From the IMG/VR virus record IMGVR_UViG_3300042922_001471: a stretch of 20,000 nucleotides of DNA; one strand, given 5' to 3'. This DNA comes from an uncultured virus (IMG/VR IMGVR_UViG_3300042922_001471) (Duplodnaviria > Heunggongvirae > Uroviricota > Caudoviricetes). Positions 17,681 to 20,000 of this stretch are shown here, one piece after another. Made by a program: the position numbers and the translations under genes. Position 1 is the first letter of the stretch, and each line of letters starts with the position of its first letter. The notes beneath the pieces are model-generated. The model was not told the origin of the DNA. It searched no databases and saw only the letters and a program-made list of their open reading frames with translations.

Positions 17681-18244
17681 TTAATACAGTTCTATATTGT
17701 CTAATATGCTTAAATCTAAAGTCCAATTAATCTTACTTCGTTCATCAAATATATTGAAAGCTTCACATATATATTTATCCACATCTTCTTTTTTCCACTT
17801 ATTAATCTTCATAATATGCTTCTTTATAACTTCTCCATTACCATTAATCATTGCTAAACCAATATGTTTTGATTGATGGCATAGCTTATCTAAAGCTAAA
17901 ATGTTCTTAAGCTTTTGTATTTTATTTTTAGTGTCATATGTCCATTCTTCATGGGCTTCAACAGGGTGTTCCTTGCCTACTCCTCCACAAATTTCACAGC
18001 GATAATTCGAGTGTCTATAAATAAGACTTCTTATATCATCCCATTTATCTTTACATACAGAACGCACATTGTTTTCCCAGTTTGATGCAGGCACAAGTTC
18101 TATAGTAAGTGGAATAAACTCATTAAAGTCAGAAATTTTTAGATTTTCTGGGACATAAAAGCTTTTCATTCTTCCATCATATTTCGCACCTTTTTCTTTA
18201 GCTATTTCTACACATTCAATAGGAACATCTATTCTTGTTTTCAT
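17681..18244 (-). CDS. HNH endonuclease with an N-terminal DUF5710-like domain
   Basis: IDVP...AKEKGAKYD...FYVP (DUF5710-like), then WDDIR...YRCEICG...EAHEEW...LCHQSKH (HNH/Zn motifs); AGGGGG RBS. Confidence 0.85.
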   Translation of the reverse strand: MKTRIDVPIECVEIAKEKGAKYDGRMKSFYVPENLKISDFNEFIPLTIELVPASNWENNVRSVCKDKWDDIRSLIYRHSNYRCEICGGVGKEHPVEAHEEWTYDTKNKIQKLKNILALDKLCHQSKHIGLAMINGNGEVIKKHIMKINKWKKEDVDKYICEAFNIFDERSKINWTLDLSILDNIELY

Positions 18245-18356
18245 TTTTTTTTATCCCCCTTCTTATAATTGAGTTATATTTTATTTAGATTATTTGTATA
18301 ATATAATAATTTAATAGAGTATATATAAGGATTATGAAATTCATAAACTTTGGTAC

Positions 18357-18480
18357 ACTTGTGTATGGAAAGAAAAGTATCTTGTATAACGGTGTGGCTG
18401 ACTTATATTATCTCAATAATGAGATAATAAGTGCACTCCCCGTACAATAGCAAGCATACGATTACGCCCATAGCACAGGT
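18357..18480 (+). ncRNA. Candidate structured RNA (or ssDNA hairpin), family unknown
   Basis: GC-enriched intergenic island that folds by hand into a long rod with an 8x8 internal bubble. A U-G pair in the outer stem weakly favours the plus strand. Confidence 0.5.
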
Positions 18481-18511
18481 TTTATATAAATATAATATTT
18501 TATTTAGGCTG

Positions 18512-18535
18512 AATCTCTTTAAATTTAAAGAGATT
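18512..18535. promoter_or_regulatory. Perfect 24-bp palindrome (terminator/attenuator or operator)
   Basis: aatctctttaaatttaaagagatt, followed by T-rich sequence, about 30 nt before ATG 18567. Confidence 0.6.
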
Positions 18536-18566
18536 TTATTATTTAACTTGAAAAAGGAGATTTTAC

Positions 18567-19349
18567 ATGAAAATTAAAGCGATTTATATTTATCAAGAGG
18601 GATATCTGCCAACTAAAAGATGCAGGAAATTAAGATACAGGGAAGCTACTGACACTATAGAGGTAGAATTAAAAGAAGTTACTGCTGAAGAAGCACCTAT
18701 TGCAGTAGAGGTAACAACTCCATGTTTTGAAACTGGGAAAACTACTAAAAAAACAGAGGAATATAGAATATTTAATGGAAGTTTCTACAAAAAAGCTTAC
18801 CTTAGTGAATATGAAAGTAAGCAAAAGGGATTATATCCTTTGGAAAAGCTTATTGAATCATTTGAGAAATTCAACTACTATAGTGATTATGGTAAAGAAG
18901 TTGAGCAGTCTAAAATATTGAAAAAAATCAATGATTATATTTTAATTGATAACGTAATTTGGGTAAAAACTGGTGAACCAAGATATTGTATTGTGACATT
19001 CGGGCTTGGAAGAAACCATGGTTCAACAGGATTTTTTTGTGAACACCATTACAATCCAAATATAAGTAAAAACAATTATTTTAATGCTCTTGAGCGTGAT
19101 AAAGCACTTGAATATGGAAGAGATGTTGCTATAAGACGTGGGGATACTGAAAGTGTAGAACGAATGGGCAAATACTATGATATTAAAGTTTTAATCCCAG
19201 AAGCCATAAAATGCAATCCACAAGCCGAACATGGTGAAGGTAATGAATTCCTTAATATGATGGAAAATGTTATAAATAACTCAAATTCTTCGATTGAAGC
19301 TGGACTTATGGCAGTATCTTTAACTATGGCGATGGCTAACTCTAAATAA
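18567..19349 (+). CDS. Hypothetical protein
   Basis: 260-aa ORF with AAGGAG RBS; motif-like segment GEPRYCIVTFGLGRNHGSTG. Confidence 0.85.
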   Translation: MKIKAIYIYQEGYLPTKRCRKLRYREATDTIEVELKEVTAEEAPIAVEVTTPCFETGKTTKKTEEYRIFNGSFYKKAYLSEYESKQKGLYPLEKLIESFEKFNYYSDYGKEVEQSKILKKINDYILIDNVIWVKTGEPRYCIVTFGLGRNHGSTGFFCEHHYNPNISKNNYFNALERDKALEYGRDVAIRRGDTESVERMGKYYDIKVLIPEAIKCNPQAEHGEGNEFLNMMENVINNSNSSIEAGLMAVSLTMAMANSK

Positions 19350-19370
19350 TATAAGGAAAGGTAAATTAAA

Positions 19371-20000
19371 ATGGAAAACAATCTAAATTTAGAACAAGTG
19401 TATGAAGTAATTTCATTATTAGACACTATAAAAATGAATATTAATAAAATTGATTTATTCAAAGAAGAAGTAGAAGAATATTTGAAAAATTCAGTTTTGG
19501 AACTTTCAGAAATCTTAAGCGAAGAAGAACTCCAAGCAGAAATCAATCGAGTTACTGAATTATATTTATGTATAAAAGAACAAGTTATTAGCGTTAAGGA
19601 TTTCTTGCTTGAAGCACCAAATATTGAGGAGTTTATTAATACTCGCACTGTTTCTTCTTTAGAAGAATTGATTAATATATTAAATGAATATATCAATTTA
19701 ATACCAGCTCCATTAATAGAAGCTGTAAAAGGTTATTCTCATGGTGAGTTAGGAAGTAATAAATATTACAATGAATTAAGTATTGAGATGATTAAGCCAT
19801 TTATTGATATTTTTCATAAAATCATTAATCAACCAAAAGAGTATGAGTATGTTGCATCTCCATACGACCTTAATTATGAATTACTTGTTGCTTTTGAAAC
19901 CGAAGAAAGTGCAAGGCAATTTGCACAATCAATAGCACCATCAGTTTTGTGGTTATGGAAAGATGAAGACATTTGTACAACAGCTTTAGATAGTTTTTAA
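19371..20000 (+). CDS. Acidic hypothetical protein
   Basis: 209-aa ORF with purine-rich RBS; TAA at 19998-20000. Confidence 0.8.
   Translation: MENNLNLEQVYEVISLLDTIKMNINKIDLFKEEVEEYLKNSVLELSEILSEEELQAEINRVTELYLCIKEQVISVKDFLLEAPNIEEFINTRTVSSLEELINILNEYINLIPAPLIEAVKGYSHGELGSNKYYNELSIEMIKPFIDIFHKIINQPKEYEYVASPYDLNYELLVAFETEESARQFAQSIAPSVLWLWKDEDICTTALDSF

Larger units (their letters stand above)
1..20000. mobile_element. Probable segment of a clostridial megaplasmid or large (pro)phage
   Basis: YopX-like, HNH, stand-alone epsilon-like exonuclease, orphan nrdG, extra ligase, SLT and many short hypotheticals, with no housekeeping synteny. No capsid, terminase, rep or relaxase gene is present to settle which type. 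Confidence 0.55.

Noticed and set aside
18381..18535. Purine riboswitch (TTGTATAA...TACAA) or c-di-AMP riboswitch (GCTGAATC)
   Set aside because: The remaining conserved cores are absent (GTTTCTAC and the loop-loop motifs for purine; GGGGGAACC-type segments for c-di-AMP).
18727..19696. ORFs 18727-18921 (+) and 19175-19696 (-)
   Set aside because: Alternate-frame or antisense overlaps of well-supported genes.

Overview
Very AT-rich, Clostridia/Firmicutes-like DNA (GGAGG ribosome binding sites, many hairpin terminators with A/T-rich flanks) with short alternating-strand gene blocks. The gene mix is most typical of a megaplasmid or large SPbeta-like (pro)phage rather than core chromosome. It includes a secreted 7-repeat RCC1/BLIP-II-like protein that is missing from the ORF track and runs off the left edge, an orphan NrdG-type radical SAM activase, a YopX-like protein, a membrane-anchored lytic transglycosylase, an intact and a catalytically degenerate DEDD exonuclease, an 815-aa coiled-coil/4x beta-repeat/DUF2325-like protein, an NAD-dependent DNA ligase, signal peptidase I, a DUF5710-HNH nuclease and many hypotheticals. 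The most interesting signals are not in the ORF track. (1) A mini-ORF at 7098-6958 (-) has an in-frame Cys-UGA followed by a bacterial SECIS-like hairpin, making it a candidate selenopeptide or attenuator leader. (2) A ~124-nt rod-shaped structure with an 8x8 internal bubble at 18357-18480 is a candidate 6S-like RNA or ssDNA promoter. No rRNA, tRNA, CRISPR array or transposase was recognised. All family assignments come from motif recognition by eye, not database searches.
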